From the NCBI GenBank assembly GCA_963711005.1, contig CAVQCJ010000002.1, positions 1,457,269 through 1,521,268 on the forward strand: a stretch of 64,000 bases of DNA, written 5' to 3'. Below, piece by piece: positions 1-8,469 of the stretch. The translations under genes were made by a program, and so were the position numbers. Source of the DNA: an uncultured Actinomycetota bacterium (GTDB taxonomy: Bacteria; Actinomycetota; Actinomycetes; Prado026). The notes beneath the pieces are model-generated. The model searched no databases. It was not told the origin of the DNA and worked only from the letters and a program-made list of their open reading frames with translations. Positions within the stretch are counted from its first letter, which is position 1, and the number at the start of each line of letters is the position of its first letter.

Positions 1-53
1 GACGGTGACGGGGCGTGGCGCCATGCCCCGAGTATCGCGCGGTGCGCGTGCGC

Positions 54-3041
54 TCAGCTGTCGCTGACGGTGAGCACGCCGAGGAAGTACGTGTCGCCGG
101 TGGTCCTGGCGGTGACGACCGGGTTGCCCGTCATCGACACCGCGGCCTCGAACGAGTCCACGTCGGTGCCGAAGGTGTTCGTCGGACCGAGCGCGCCGGC
201 CGCTGAGGAGTCCATGACGTTGGTCGGGTCCAGGCTGCCGCCCTGCGGGACCAGGTCGGTCCCGTCCAGCGAGATCGCGTCCCCGGGGATGCCGAGGTCA
301 CCCTCCCAGGCCACGGTCCCGATCCGCGCCTGGCCGCTGGCCCGCGGCACCACGCTGAACGACTGCGGCTGGCCGTCCTTGACGACCTGGGCAAACCCGT
401 CGAACACGGTCACCTGGTCGACCGGAGCGTTCGGGTCGGCGTAGACGACGACCAGCGACCAGCCGGCGTACCGGTTGTTTCCGAGCAGGACCTGCGGGTC
501 GGCGGCCCACCACGTGCCGGCCCCACCCTTGGCGACCAGGTCGGTCACGTCCGCGTACGACTGGAACACGCCCCAGGTGTTCTCGACGCCGGTGTCGGTG
601 CGCTGGGCCGCCACCAGCGTGTACTCGACGGCACCCGGGCCGCGCAGCCTCAGCGTCTCCTGCTTGCCGTTGGGGATCAGCCCGCCGGACCAGTACAGCC
701 CGGCCCAGCGGACGGTGACCCCGGCGGGCAGGTCGAGGTTCGCGGCCGACGAGGTCGTGGTGTTGTCGCCGGCCTGGTTGAACGAGGTCATCGCCCAGTT
801 GTCGTTGTCCACCTTGTCGCCCTTGCCGAGCCGGGCGTCCGCGCACCCGGGGTTGCCGCCGGGGCAGGAGAGCAGCCCGTTCCCGACCTCGGTCACGCGC
901 AGCGGCCCGGTGGCCGCGAACCGCGCGGCCAGACCGCCCGCCTGGACACCGCGGGTCCCGGTGACCGTGAGCGGGTCCAGGCCGTCCGCGCTGACCGTGA
1001 CGCTCACCGGGGTGGTACCGGTGGAGCCGGGGTCGGCGTCGACGTCGACGTACACCTGGGTGTCGGTCGACTGCTCCAGCGGGATCCGGGTGCAGCTGGC
1101 CCCGGTGTCCGTGCCGATGCACGTCCACCCGTCACTGGCTGTGGCCTCCAGCGCGTGCGGGGCCTGGGTCGGGAACGTGTCGAACGCGAAGCCGCTGGTC
1201 TGCAGCCCGGTGAAGTGGACGCCAGGGGGCAGCGCGACCGTTGCGGTGATCGCCCCCGACACGGCGTCTCCGGTGTTGCCGACCGAGAAGCCGATGACGC
1301 CCGGGCGGCCCTGCACCAGGTCGCCGAGGGGGGTGTACGTGAGTCCCAGCACCGGCTTGGGCGTCTCGGTCGGCGTGGGGGACGGTGACGGCGACGGCGA
1401 GCCGGTGGAGGTCGGCGTCGGGCTGGGCGTCGAGGTGGGGTGGTGCGTCGGGGACGGCGACGAGTGCCCGGTCGACCCGGACGTCGGGGCGCTCGTCGGG
1501 GTCGGCGTCGGGGTCGGCGTCGGGATCGGTGCCAGCGTGAAGGTGTCCGTCGGGCCGGGCCCGACGCCGGGGCCGGACGTGCTCGAGCTCGACGTCGACC
1601 CGCCGCCGGGCACGACCGGTCCGGAGGCGCCCGGAGGCGATCCGGTGACCGAGCCGCCGCCCCCGCCACCGATGACCACCGCGGCCACGATCCCGGCCCC
1701 GACCAGCCCGACGGCCGCAGCGGCGACCCCGGCGGCCCAGGCCGTGCTGAGTCCGAAGATCCCGCCGCCGCCCCCGCCGCCGGCAGCCGCGACCGTCGCG
1801 GCCGCAGCGGCGCCGGACCCACCTGCCCCGCCGGCCACCGCGGCGCCGGCGGCGGCACCGGCACCGGCGGTCGCCGCAGTCGCTCCCGTGCTCCCCGCCG
1901 AACCCCCCGCTGTCGCGCCGGCCCCGGCTGCCGCCGCGGGCTGGGCCCCGGCGCTCGCCGCGGCCGTGAGCGCGCCCGCACCGACCACTCCGGCCGCCGC
2001 CGCGGCGGCCGCGCCCGCTCCGCCGCCGCCCGCCGCCGCTGCCGCACCGCTCGAGGCAGCCGCGGCCCCGGTCCCGGCGCCCGCTCCACCCGCGCCCGCT
2101 CCACCCGCGCCCGCACCGCCGGCTCCGGCACCGGTCCCGCCGCCTGCGCCGGCACCGGTCCCACCGGTCGTCCCCGACCCGGCCAGCGCGCCGGCCCCTG
2201 CGGCGGCGGCCCCACCGGTGCCGAGCAGGGCGCCCGAGCTGAGGTAGCCGGCCACGAACAGGCCCAGGACGAGCGGAGCGACCACGCCGCGCATCCCGCT
2301 GCCCACGTCGGTCAGCTCGAGGACCAGCCCGCGGCACCGTTCGCAGGTGTCCAGGTGCTCCTCGACCTGCGCGGTCTCCCGCTTGGACAGGCCGCCACGG
2401 GCGTATGCGCCCAGCCGGTCCGAGTACGGCCGGCAGCCGTCGTCCAGCGGCGCGGCCAGGTGCTGCTGCAGGTAGGCCTGGCGAAGTCCTTCCCGGGCCC
2501 GGTAGGCCAGCGCTGCCACCCCGTTCGCGGTCAGCCCGAGGATCGGCGCCACCTGCGCGGGGGTCAGCCCCTCCACCTCGGTGTGCCAGAGCACCGTCTG
2601 CCACCGCTCCGGCAGCGAGGTGTACGCGCGGGAGACGATCGACTTCTCCAGCCCTTCCAGGGCCGGGTCGACGAACGGCACCCCAGGGTCGTACGGCGTC
2701 AGGTCGTCGGAGATGGTGATCCGGCTGCCGGCACGGGTGCGGTCGTACGCGATGCGGCGCAGCGCCGTGAGCAGGTAGGCCCGGAAGGCCACGTCCGGGC
2801 CGCCACCGGCCTGGACCACCGACAGGACCTTCGCGAACGCCTCCGAGACGAGGTCCTCGGCCTCGTTCGGGTCGCGGGTCATCTGCCTGGCCAGGGCGCG
2901 GGCCGCGCCGACGTGCCGCAGGTACAGCGGACCGAACGCAGCCTTGTCGCCGGACCGGACCGCCGTGATCAGCTCCGCGTCGCTGGGACCGGGCGCCTCG
3001 GCGGACCGAGGCTCGGTCTCGAGCGGGGGCAGATCGGTCAC
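54..3041 (-). CDS. ECF sigma-70 factor fused in one polypeptide to a zinc-finger (ZAS-like HxxxCxxC) anti-sigma-like segment, transmembrane helices, Gly/Ala-rich and Pro/Thr-rich linkers and a ~450-aa extracytoplasmic C-terminal domain (ECF52-like fusion)
   Basis: Single 995-aa ORF with no internal stop. N-terminus has sigma region 2/4-like motifs (RHVGAARALARQMTRD; GLTPAQVAPILGLTANGVAALAYRAREGL). It is followed by EEHLDTCERCRG, a hydrophobic helix (VVAPLVLGLFVAGYLSSGALLG), ~200 aa of G/A low complexity, a second hydrophobic stretch, a P/T/S linker and a beta-rich C-terminal domain. Confidence 0.75.
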   Translation of the reverse strand: MTDLPPLETEPRSAEAPGPSDAELITAVRSGDKAAFGPLYLRHVGAARALARQMTRDPNEAEDLVSEAFAKVLSVVQAGGGPDVAFRAYLLTALRRIAYDRTRAGSRITISDDLTPYDPGVPFVDPALEGLEKSIVSRAYTSLPERWQTVLWHTEVEGLTPAQVAPILGLTANGVAALAYRAREGLRQAYLQQHLAAPLDDGCRPYSDRLGAYARGGLSKRETAQVEEHLDTCERCRGLVLELTDVGSGMRGVVAPLVLGLFVAGYLSSGALLGTGGAAAAGAGALAGSGTTGGTGAGAGGGTGAGAGGAGAGGAGAGGAGAGTGAAAASSGAAAAAGGGGAGAAAAAAAGVVGAGALTAAASAGAQPAAAAGAGATAGGSAGSTGATAATAGAGAAAGAAVAGGAGGSGAAAAATVAAAGGGGGGGIFGLSTAWAAGVAAAAVGLVGAGIVAAVVIGGGGGGSVTGSPPGASGPVVPGGGSTSSSSTSGPGVGPGPTDTFTLAPIPTPTPTPTPTSAPTSGSTGHSSPSPTHHPTSTPSPTPTSTGSPSPSPSPTPTETPKPVLGLTYTPLGDLVQGRPGVIGFSVGNTGDAVSGAITATVALPPGVHFTGLQTSGFAFDTFPTQAPHALEATASDGWTCIGTDTGASCTRIPLEQSTDTQVYVDVDADPGSTGTTPVSVTVSADGLDPLTVTGTRGVQAGGLAARFAATGPLRVTEVGNGLLSCPGGNPGCADARLGKGDKVDNDNWAMTSFNQAGDNTTTSSAANLDLPAGVTVRWAGLYWSGGLIPNGKQETLRLRGPGAVEYTLVAAQRTDTGVENTWGVFQSYADVTDLVAKGGAGTWWAADPQVLLGNNRYAGWSLVVVYADPNAPVDQVTVFDGFAQVVKDGQPQSFSVVPRASGQARIGTVAWEGDLGIPGDAISLDGTDLVPQGGSLDPTNVMDSSAAGALGPTNTFGTDVDSFEAAVSMTGNPVVTARTTGDTYFLGVLTVSDS

Positions 3042-3080
3042 GGGCTTGATTCTCCCTCGGCGCGGGCGTTGTCGATCGTA

Positions 3081-3116
3081 GACGGGGAAGTCACGCTACG
3101 CGTTCATCTCGTGACT
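3081..3116 (-). promoter_or_regulatory. Candidate ECF-type promoter on the minus strand (TGAAC-N17-CGTC, about 35-60 nt upstream of the sigma-fusion start) overlapping a 7-bp inverted repeat AGTCACG-N14-CGTGACT
   Basis: Read directly in the 276-nt divergent intergenic region. The minus strand shows TGAAC (3102-3106) and CGTC (3081-3084) with a 17-nt spacer. The inverted repeat is at 3089-3095 and 3110-3116. Confidence 0.25.
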
Positions 3117-3317
3117 ATCCGTCCATATCCGTCCACCGCGCGGGGGCGTCCAGCGGCTTCTACCCAAGAGACGCCCGACAGGTCCGCTCATGACGGGCCC
3201 GGGGGACGGCTCCGGGGCCTCCGCGAAAAACATCGACAAATCCCGCGTCACGATTGAGCCGGAGGCCGGTCTCATCCCTGTCGGACGCCGAAGCGAAGCG
3301 GAAAGGAGGGGATCGAG

Positions 3318-4100
3318 ATGGGCGAGGACGCACTGGCCACTCTCTTCCCCCTGGGCGGACCTGCCTCTGCCCTCCGCTCCCGGTGGCAGCGGCTCTCCGC
3401 CGAGGCCAGCTGGGCCCACCCCGCCGACTGGTGGGACCCGGCCGTCGATGCTCTGGCGGAGGCCGTCGCGGACGGGCGGGACGCGACGGTCCCCGCCGAG
3501 CTCCTGGGAGCCGTCCGAGCACAGGCCGGTGTTGGGCTCGCCGAGGGCCTGGACGACCTGGCGTCGCTCTACGGGGTCCTGGGCGCCGACGCGCCGCCGT
3601 TCGCGGTCATCCGCTCGTTCAGCGCCGGCTGGGCCGACGCCGGGGTCGACCCGGTCCGGACCGCCGGCTGCGAGGACGCGATGACCGGCCTTGCCACTCC
3701 TTCGTACCTGCGCACCCGGCTCGGCGAGGTCTACCGGACCGCAGTGGCCGAGAACGTGCTGGTCACCGACGTGGTCGGCATGGTGATCCTGGACGCCTCC
3801 GTGATGACGCCGGACCCCTGGCAGCGGCTGGCCCGCGTGTGCGTGCTCGCGGACTGCCTGCGCGAGGAGTTCGCCGGTGGCGAGTCGCTGGTGGCCCTCG
3901 GCTCCGGCCGGGTGGCCGCGCTGGTGGCCCGCGACGAAGACCTCGGGCCGATGCTGGCCCGGCTCCGCGACCTCGTCGAGGTCCGGATGGTGCTCGCGGG
4001 GCTCTCCCGAGCCTCACGGCGCCCCCCGCGGGTGTGGCTCGAGCCGCTCCCCGCGGACTACGACCAGGCGCTCGCACTGCTGCGGGAGCTCGAGCGCTGA
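3318..4100 (+). CDS. Hypothetical protein with a degenerate GGDEF-like C-terminal domain (GG[DE]EF replaced by GSGRV; probably catalytically inactive)
   Basis: RBS GAAAGGAGGGG sits 7 nt upstream of the ATG. DAMTGLATPSYLRTRL resembles the GGDEF D-x-LTGL-x-NRR block, and LVALGSGRVAALV occupies the GGDEF signature position. Confidence 0.5.
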   Translation: MGEDALATLFPLGGPASALRSRWQRLSAEASWAHPADWWDPAVDALAEAVADGRDATVPAELLGAVRAQAGVGLAEGLDDLASLYGVLGADAPPFAVIRSFSAGWADAGVDPVRTAGCEDAMTGLATPSYLRTRLGEVYRTAVAENVLVTDVVGMVILDASVMTPDPWQRLARVCVLADCLREEFAGGESLVALGSGRVAALVARDEDLGPMLARLRDLVEVRMVLAGLSRASRRPPRVWLEPLPADYDQALALLRELER

Positions 4101-4296
4101 AAGATGTGCCGGGCCTGCCGAGGGGGCCGGCCCGGCACGCTTCCGGACCCATCTGAGGGGATGGCTCCGGAACGACCGGGTCCATCGAGGGGTTGGACCC
4201 GGTCTGCAGGGCCCGTCGGGAGGACGGACCCGCGCACCGCGCCCGGCGGTGCACCGGCCCTCGGAGGGGTAGGCCGGTGCACCGCCGAGGCAGCGC

Positions 4297-5007
4297 TCAC
4301 ATCCGCGACAGCAGCCGGGTCAGCGCCCGCGCCGTGAGCTCCGGCGCCGCCAGAGCAGCGAAGTGACCGGCGTCGACCGACTCCACCGGCCAGCTTCGGC
4401 TCGCCGCGACCCGCGCGGACCAGTCGTAGCCGGCCGACGTACGCAGGAAGCCGCACGGCGCGTCCGGCCAGTCGCCCGGGAACGGGACCGGCTCGGTGAA
4501 GTACGCGAGGGGTCGCGACCGGAGACCGGCCAGCAGCCGCGCCCGGTCGGCCGGGTCCGGGACGTCGTCGACCAGGTCGGCGTCCGCCCAGCTCGGCACC
4601 GTCCTGCCCGACTCGAGCACCGCCCGCCAGGCTGACGCCAGGCCCGCGTCCTCGGCGGCCAGCAGGTCCAGCCGGGAGGCGGTGCCGCCGGGCCGGGGCA
4701 GCGCGGCGTCCAGGAACACGTACCCGCGAACCGGTCCGTGCGCGGCCCGGCGGGCGTACGCCAGCTGCGGGAGCAGTGGCCCGGCCCCGCTGTGCGCGAC
4801 CAGCAGCACCGGTTCCCCGGGCCGGACCGCGGCGGCGAGCTGCCGGGCGGCCGCCGCGACGTACCGGGTGGCGTACGGGGGCCGCAGGTCGTCGTCCACG
4901 TCCACGACGTACACGGGTCCGGCGACGTCGAGCAGGTCCGGCAGCCGACCCCACGCCGCGGCCGAGGTCAGCGGCGAGTGCAGCAGGGCCAGGGCGGTCG
5001 GTTCCAC
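4297..5007 (-). CDS. Alpha/beta hydrolase fold protein
   Basis: 236-aa ORF with an HSGAG nucleophile-elbow-like motif (GxSxG variant) and a typical alpha/beta-hydrolase layout. Confidence 0.65.
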   Translation of the reverse strand: MEPTALALLHSPLTSAAAWGRLPDLLDVAGPVYVVDVDDDLRPPYATRYVAAAARQLAAAVRPGEPVLLVAHSGAGPLLPQLAYARRAAHGPVRGYVFLDAALPRPGGTASRLDLLAAEDAGLASAWRAVLESGRTVPSWADADLVDDVPDPADRARLLAGLRSRPLAYFTEPVPFPGDWPDAPCGFLRTSAGYDWSARVAASRSWPVESVDAGHFAALAAPELTARALTRLLSRM

Positions 5008-5037
5008 CCGGCTCAGCCTGCCCTAGGCTCGCCGGCC

Positions 5038-5586
5038 ATGACCGACCCCAGCGACGACCGCGCCGCGCTGCTCCACCAGATCACCGCGAAGGCGGTCGTG
5101 CTCGGCCGGGTGGTGCTGTCCTCGGGCCGCGAGGCGGACTACTACGTGGACCTGCGCCGGGTGACGCTGGACGCGGCCGCCGCCCCGCTCGTCGGGCGGG
5201 CGATGCTCGCGGCCACCGCGGACCTGGACTACGAGGCGGTCGGCGGGCTCACCCTCGGCGCCGACCCGGTCGCGACCGCGATGCTGCACGCCGCGGCGGC
5301 CCAGGGCCGGGCCCTGGACGCCTTCGTGGTCCGCAAGGAGGGCAAGGCGCACGGGCTGCAACGCCGGATCGAGGGCCCCGACGTCGCCGGGCGGCGGGTG
5401 CTGGCCGTCGAGGACACGTCCACCACCGGCGGGTCGGTGCTGACCGCGGTCGAGGCCCTGCGCGAGGCGGGCGCCGAGGTGGTCGGCGTGGCCGTGGTGG
5501 TCGAACGCGGGGCAGCCGCGGCCGTCGCGGCCGCGGGCCTGGAGTACCGGAGCGTGTTCTCGCTCGCCGACCTGGGGCTGTCCTGA
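5038..5586 (+). CDS. pyrE: Orotate phosphoribosyltransferase
   Basis: Has the PRTase motif VLAVEDTSTTGGS and the conserved PyrE N-terminus (ALLHQITAKAVVLGRVVLSSGREADYYVD). Confidence 0.85.
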   Translation: MTDPSDDRAALLHQITAKAVVLGRVVLSSGREADYYVDLRRVTLDAAAAPLVGRAMLAATADLDYEAVGGLTLGADPVATAMLHAAAAQGRALDAFVVRKEGKAHGLQRRIEGPDVAGRRVLAVEDTSTTGGSVLTAVEALREAGAEVVGVAVVVERGAAAAVAAAGLEYRSVFSLADLGLS

Positions 5587-5635
5587 ACCGGCGCGGGCCG
5601 TTGAGTCCGGACCGGGTCCGGCCGAAGATCTAGCC

Positions 5636-6454
5636 ATGAGTGGCTTGTCGACGCTGGTCTTCGTGCTGGTCGCCCTCGCGGCGGCCGGATACTTCGTCTG
5701 GAACTACCTGCAGGAGTCCAAGCGGCGGCAGGCGCTCCAGCAGTTCTGCATGGCCAAGGGCTGGGCGTACACCGCGGAGGACGACTCGTTCACCGCCCGC
5801 TGGAACGGCACGCCGTTCGGCCAGGGCGACCGGCGGCGGTGCCGCAACGTCGTCCGCGGCACCGACCGGGCCGTGCCGTTCGTCGGGTTCGACTATCAGT
5901 ACGACACCGAGTCGACCGACAGCAAGGGCAACACCCAGCGGACGACGCACCACTTCGCCGTCATCGCGCTCGCCCTCCCGACGGTCCTGCCCACGCTGCA
6001 GGTGACCCCCGAGGGCTTCCTGGAGCGCGCCGCGGCGGCGGTGGGGCTCGGCGGCGGGATCGACCTGGAGTCCGAGGACTTCAACCGGCATTTCCGGGTG
6101 CATGCGCGGCAGCCCAAGTTCGCCTCGGACGTGCTCACCCCCCGGACCATGGAGGCGCTGCTGGCCGGCCCGCCCACGGCGTGGCGGATCGAGATGTCCG
6201 ACCTCGTATCCTGGGGCAACGGCACCATGAACCCCGTGGACGTGCTCGCGAGCCTGTCCACGTTGCACCATGTGGTGGACGGCATCCCGTCGTTCGTCTG
6301 GCACGACAACGGGTACGACCCGGACCAGCAGGTCCAGTCGGCTCCGCCAGCAGCACCGGCACCATCAGCGGCACCGGCACCACAGGCACCACAGGCTCAG
6401 CAGGCCCCGGTCGCGCCAGCGGCCATGCCCCCAGCGGAAGGCAGCATCGCGTGA
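5636..6454 (+). CDS. DUF3137 domain membrane protein
   Basis: N-terminal TM helix and conserved FxxRF/HARQPKF-type motifs. It is immediately upstream of LemA with a GTGA overlap, which is the known DUF3137-LemA pairing. Confidence 0.65.
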   Translation: MSGLSTLVFVLVALAAAGYFVWNYLQESKRRQALQQFCMAKGWAYTAEDDSFTARWNGTPFGQGDRRRCRNVVRGTDRAVPFVGFDYQYDTESTDSKGNTQRTTHHFAVIALALPTVLPTLQVTPEGFLERAAAAVGLGGGIDLESEDFNRHFRVHARQPKFASDVLTPRTMEALLAGPPTAWRIEMSDLVSWGNGTMNPVDVLASLSTLHHVVDGIPSFVWHDNGYDPDQQVQSAPPAAPAPSAAPAPQAPQAQQAPVAPAAMPPAEGSIA

Positions 6455-7011
6455 ACGCGGTCATGTGGGTGATCCTGGGGATCGTCGTCGTGGTCCTCCT
6501 GGGCGGAGTGGTCTCCTACAACCGCTTCGTGCGGCAGCGGAACCTCGTCCAGGAGTCGTGGAAGCAGATCGACGTCGAGCTGACCCGGCGGCACGACCTG
6601 ATCCCGAACCTGGTCGAGACGGTCAAGGGCTACGCCGCCCACGAGCGGCAGACGCTCGAGGCGGTGACCGCCGCCCGGGCGGCCGCCTCCGCCCCCGGCA
6701 GCGGTCCGGCCGAGCAGGCCCAGCAGGAGAACGTCCTGACCGGCGCATTGCGCCAGCTGTTCGCCGTCGCCGAGTCGTACCCGGACCTGAAGGCCAGCAC
6801 GAACTTCCTCGAGCTCCAGCGGCAGCTGTCCGAGACCGAGGACCGCGTCGCGGCCGGGCGCCGGTTCTACAACGGCAACGTGCGGGCGCTGAACACGCGG
6901 GTCCAGGCGTTCCCCTCTTCGGTGATCGCCGGGCTGTTCGGGTTCAAGGCCGCCGAGTACTTCGAGGCCGAGGACCCGGCCGTCCGCGCGAACCCGCAGG
7001 TCAGCTTCTAG
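6451..7011 (+). CDS. LemA family protein
   Basis: N-terminal TM helix plus LemA motifs (YNRFVRQRNLVQESWKQIDVELTRRHDLIPNLVE...AESYPDLKAS...RRFYNGNVRALN). Confidence 0.8.
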   Translation: MNAVMWVILGIVVVVLLGGVVSYNRFVRQRNLVQESWKQIDVELTRRHDLIPNLVETVKGYAAHERQTLEAVTAARAAASAPGSGPAEQAQQENVLTGALRQLFAVAESYPDLKASTNFLELQRQLSETEDRVAAGRRFYNGNVRALNTRVQAFPSSVIAGLFGFKAAEYFEAEDPAVRANPQVSF

Positions 7012-7653
7012 GCGCTCGTGCGGGGCCGGCGCCACAGCCCCACCAGGACCGGGACGACGGCGACCGCGACGCCGACGACGAGGATCAGCTCGATGTGGTC
7101 GGCGATGAAGGCCACCTGGCCGAGCCAGTAGCCGAGCAGGACCACGCCCGTTCCCCAGAGCGCGCCGCCGATGACCGAGTACGCGACGTACCGGGGCCAG
7201 CTCATCCGCCCGACGCCGGCCATCACGGTGATGAACGTCCGGACGATCGGCACGAACCGGGCCAGGACGATGGCCGGCGGGCCGTACCTGGCGAAGAAGG
7301 CGTTCGTCCGCTCGACGTACTCGGGCCGGAAGATCCGCGACCCGGGTCGCCGGAAGACGCTCGGCCCGGCCGTGCGGCCGATCCAGTAGCCGACCAGGTT
7401 CCCCGCGATGGCCGCCACGCAGACCAGCAGGCAGACCAGCGGCAACGAGGACGGCAGCACCGGGCTGTCGTTGGCGATGAGCACCCCGGCGGCGAACAGC
7501 AGGGTGTCGCCGGGCAGGAAGAACCCGACGAGCAGCCCGCACTCGGCGAAGATGATGGCGAGGAGGCCGATCAGGCCGACGCTCTTGAGCAGCTGGTCGG
7601 GGTTCAGGAAGTTCGCGCCCAGCAGGACGTCGGGGTGGGTAAGGCTGAGCATC
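7008..7653 (-). CDS. DedA family membrane protein
   Basis: The polytopic protein MLSLTHPDVLL...FLPGDTLLFAAG...RFVPIVRTFITVMAGV matches the DedA/SNARE-associated signature. Only the 3' 215 codons of the long 489-aa track ORF are used. Confidence 0.8.
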
Positions 7654-7690
7654 GGGCCAGGGTACGGGCCCGAGCGGAAACGTCCGGCAA

Positions 7691-7738
7691 ACGCCGCGTC
7701 CGGCACACGCCGGGTCCGGCACACGCCGGGTCCGGCAC
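7691..7738. repeat. Three tandem copies of a 16-nt unit ACGCCG(C/G)GTCCGGCAC in the dedA/trmH-like divergent intergenic region
   Basis: Direct reading gives acgccgcgtccggcac / acgccgggtccggcac / acgccgggtccggcac. Each unit contains the short palindrome GCCGG-GT-CCGGC. Confidence 0.6.
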
Positions 7739-7748
7739 ACTGTGCGCG

Positions 7749-8366
7749 GTGACAGGGGCCGAGGTCGGAGTCGGGCCGTGGACCGGGCCATGGCCGCAGG
7801 ACCCGCGGTACGACGCAGAGCTGCTGGCCGGGGGCGACCGCCGCAACGTCGTCGACCGCTACCGGTACTGGACCGTCGAGGCGATCGTTGCCGACCTCGA
7901 CAGCCGGCGGCACCCGTTCCACGTGGCGATCGAGAACTGGTCCCACGACTTCAACATCGGGTCCGTCGTGCGCACTGCCAACGCCTTCAACGCGGCCGGG
8001 GTGCACATCGTCGGGCGGCGGCGGTGGAACCGGCGCGGGGCCATGGTGACCGACCGGTACGTGCACGTGCACCACCACCCCGACGTCGCCGCGCTCGCCG
8101 CCTGGTCCGCCGCCGCCGGCCTGCCGCTGATCGGGATCGACAACCTGCCGGGGTCGGTGCCGCTGGAGACGTACGACCTGCCGGCTGCCTGCGTCCTGCT
8201 GCTCGGGCAGGAGGGACCCGGGCTCTCGGGGCCGGCCCGCTCGGCCTGCGTCGACGTGCTGTCGGTGGCCCAGTACGGGTCTACCCGGTCGGTCAACGCC
8301 GGGGCCGCGGCGGCCGTGGCCATGCATGCGTGGGTCCGCCGGCACGCCTTCGACCAGCAGCCGTGA
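7749..8366 (+). CDS. TrmH/SpoU family RNA 2'-O-methyltransferase
   Basis: SpoU-type motifs (NIGSVVRTANAFNAAGVHIVG; LLLGQEGPGLS; SVNAGAAAAVAMHAW). Putative GTG start at 7749; the long upstream in-frame ORF is non-coding-looking. Confidence 0.7.
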   Translation: MTGAEVGVGPWTGPWPQDPRYDAELLAGGDRRNVVDRYRYWTVEAIVADLDSRRHPFHVAIENWSHDFNIGSVVRTANAFNAAGVHIVGRRRWNRRGAMVTDRYVHVHHHPDVAALAAWSAAAGLPLIGIDNLPGSVPLETYDLPAACVLLLGQEGPGLSGPARSACVDVLSVAQYGSTRSVNAGAAAAVAMHAWVRRHAFDQQP

Positions 8367-8469
8367 CCCGGCGCGGCTGACGCAGGGGTCATTGGTCCCT
8401 TGCCGGGCGGTGCCGGGCCGATGCGAGGATGGGCGCGCCCCGTACGCACCAGCCGAGGAGCCACCCGCC

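Noticed and set aside
1300-2250. Highly repetitive GCC/GGC-rich DNA considered as a tandem-repeat or CRISPR-like array
   Set aside because: It encodes the Gly/Ala and Pro/Thr low-complexity linkers of the sigma-fusion protein in an uninterrupted frame. There is no repeat-spacer periodicity.
6270-8366. 698-aa plus-strand ORF upstream of and including the TrmH-like gene
   Set aside because: It is Arg/Pro/Gly-rich nonsense overlapping the LemA gene (another frame) and the DedA gene (opposite strand). Only the last ~205 codons carry SpoU motifs.
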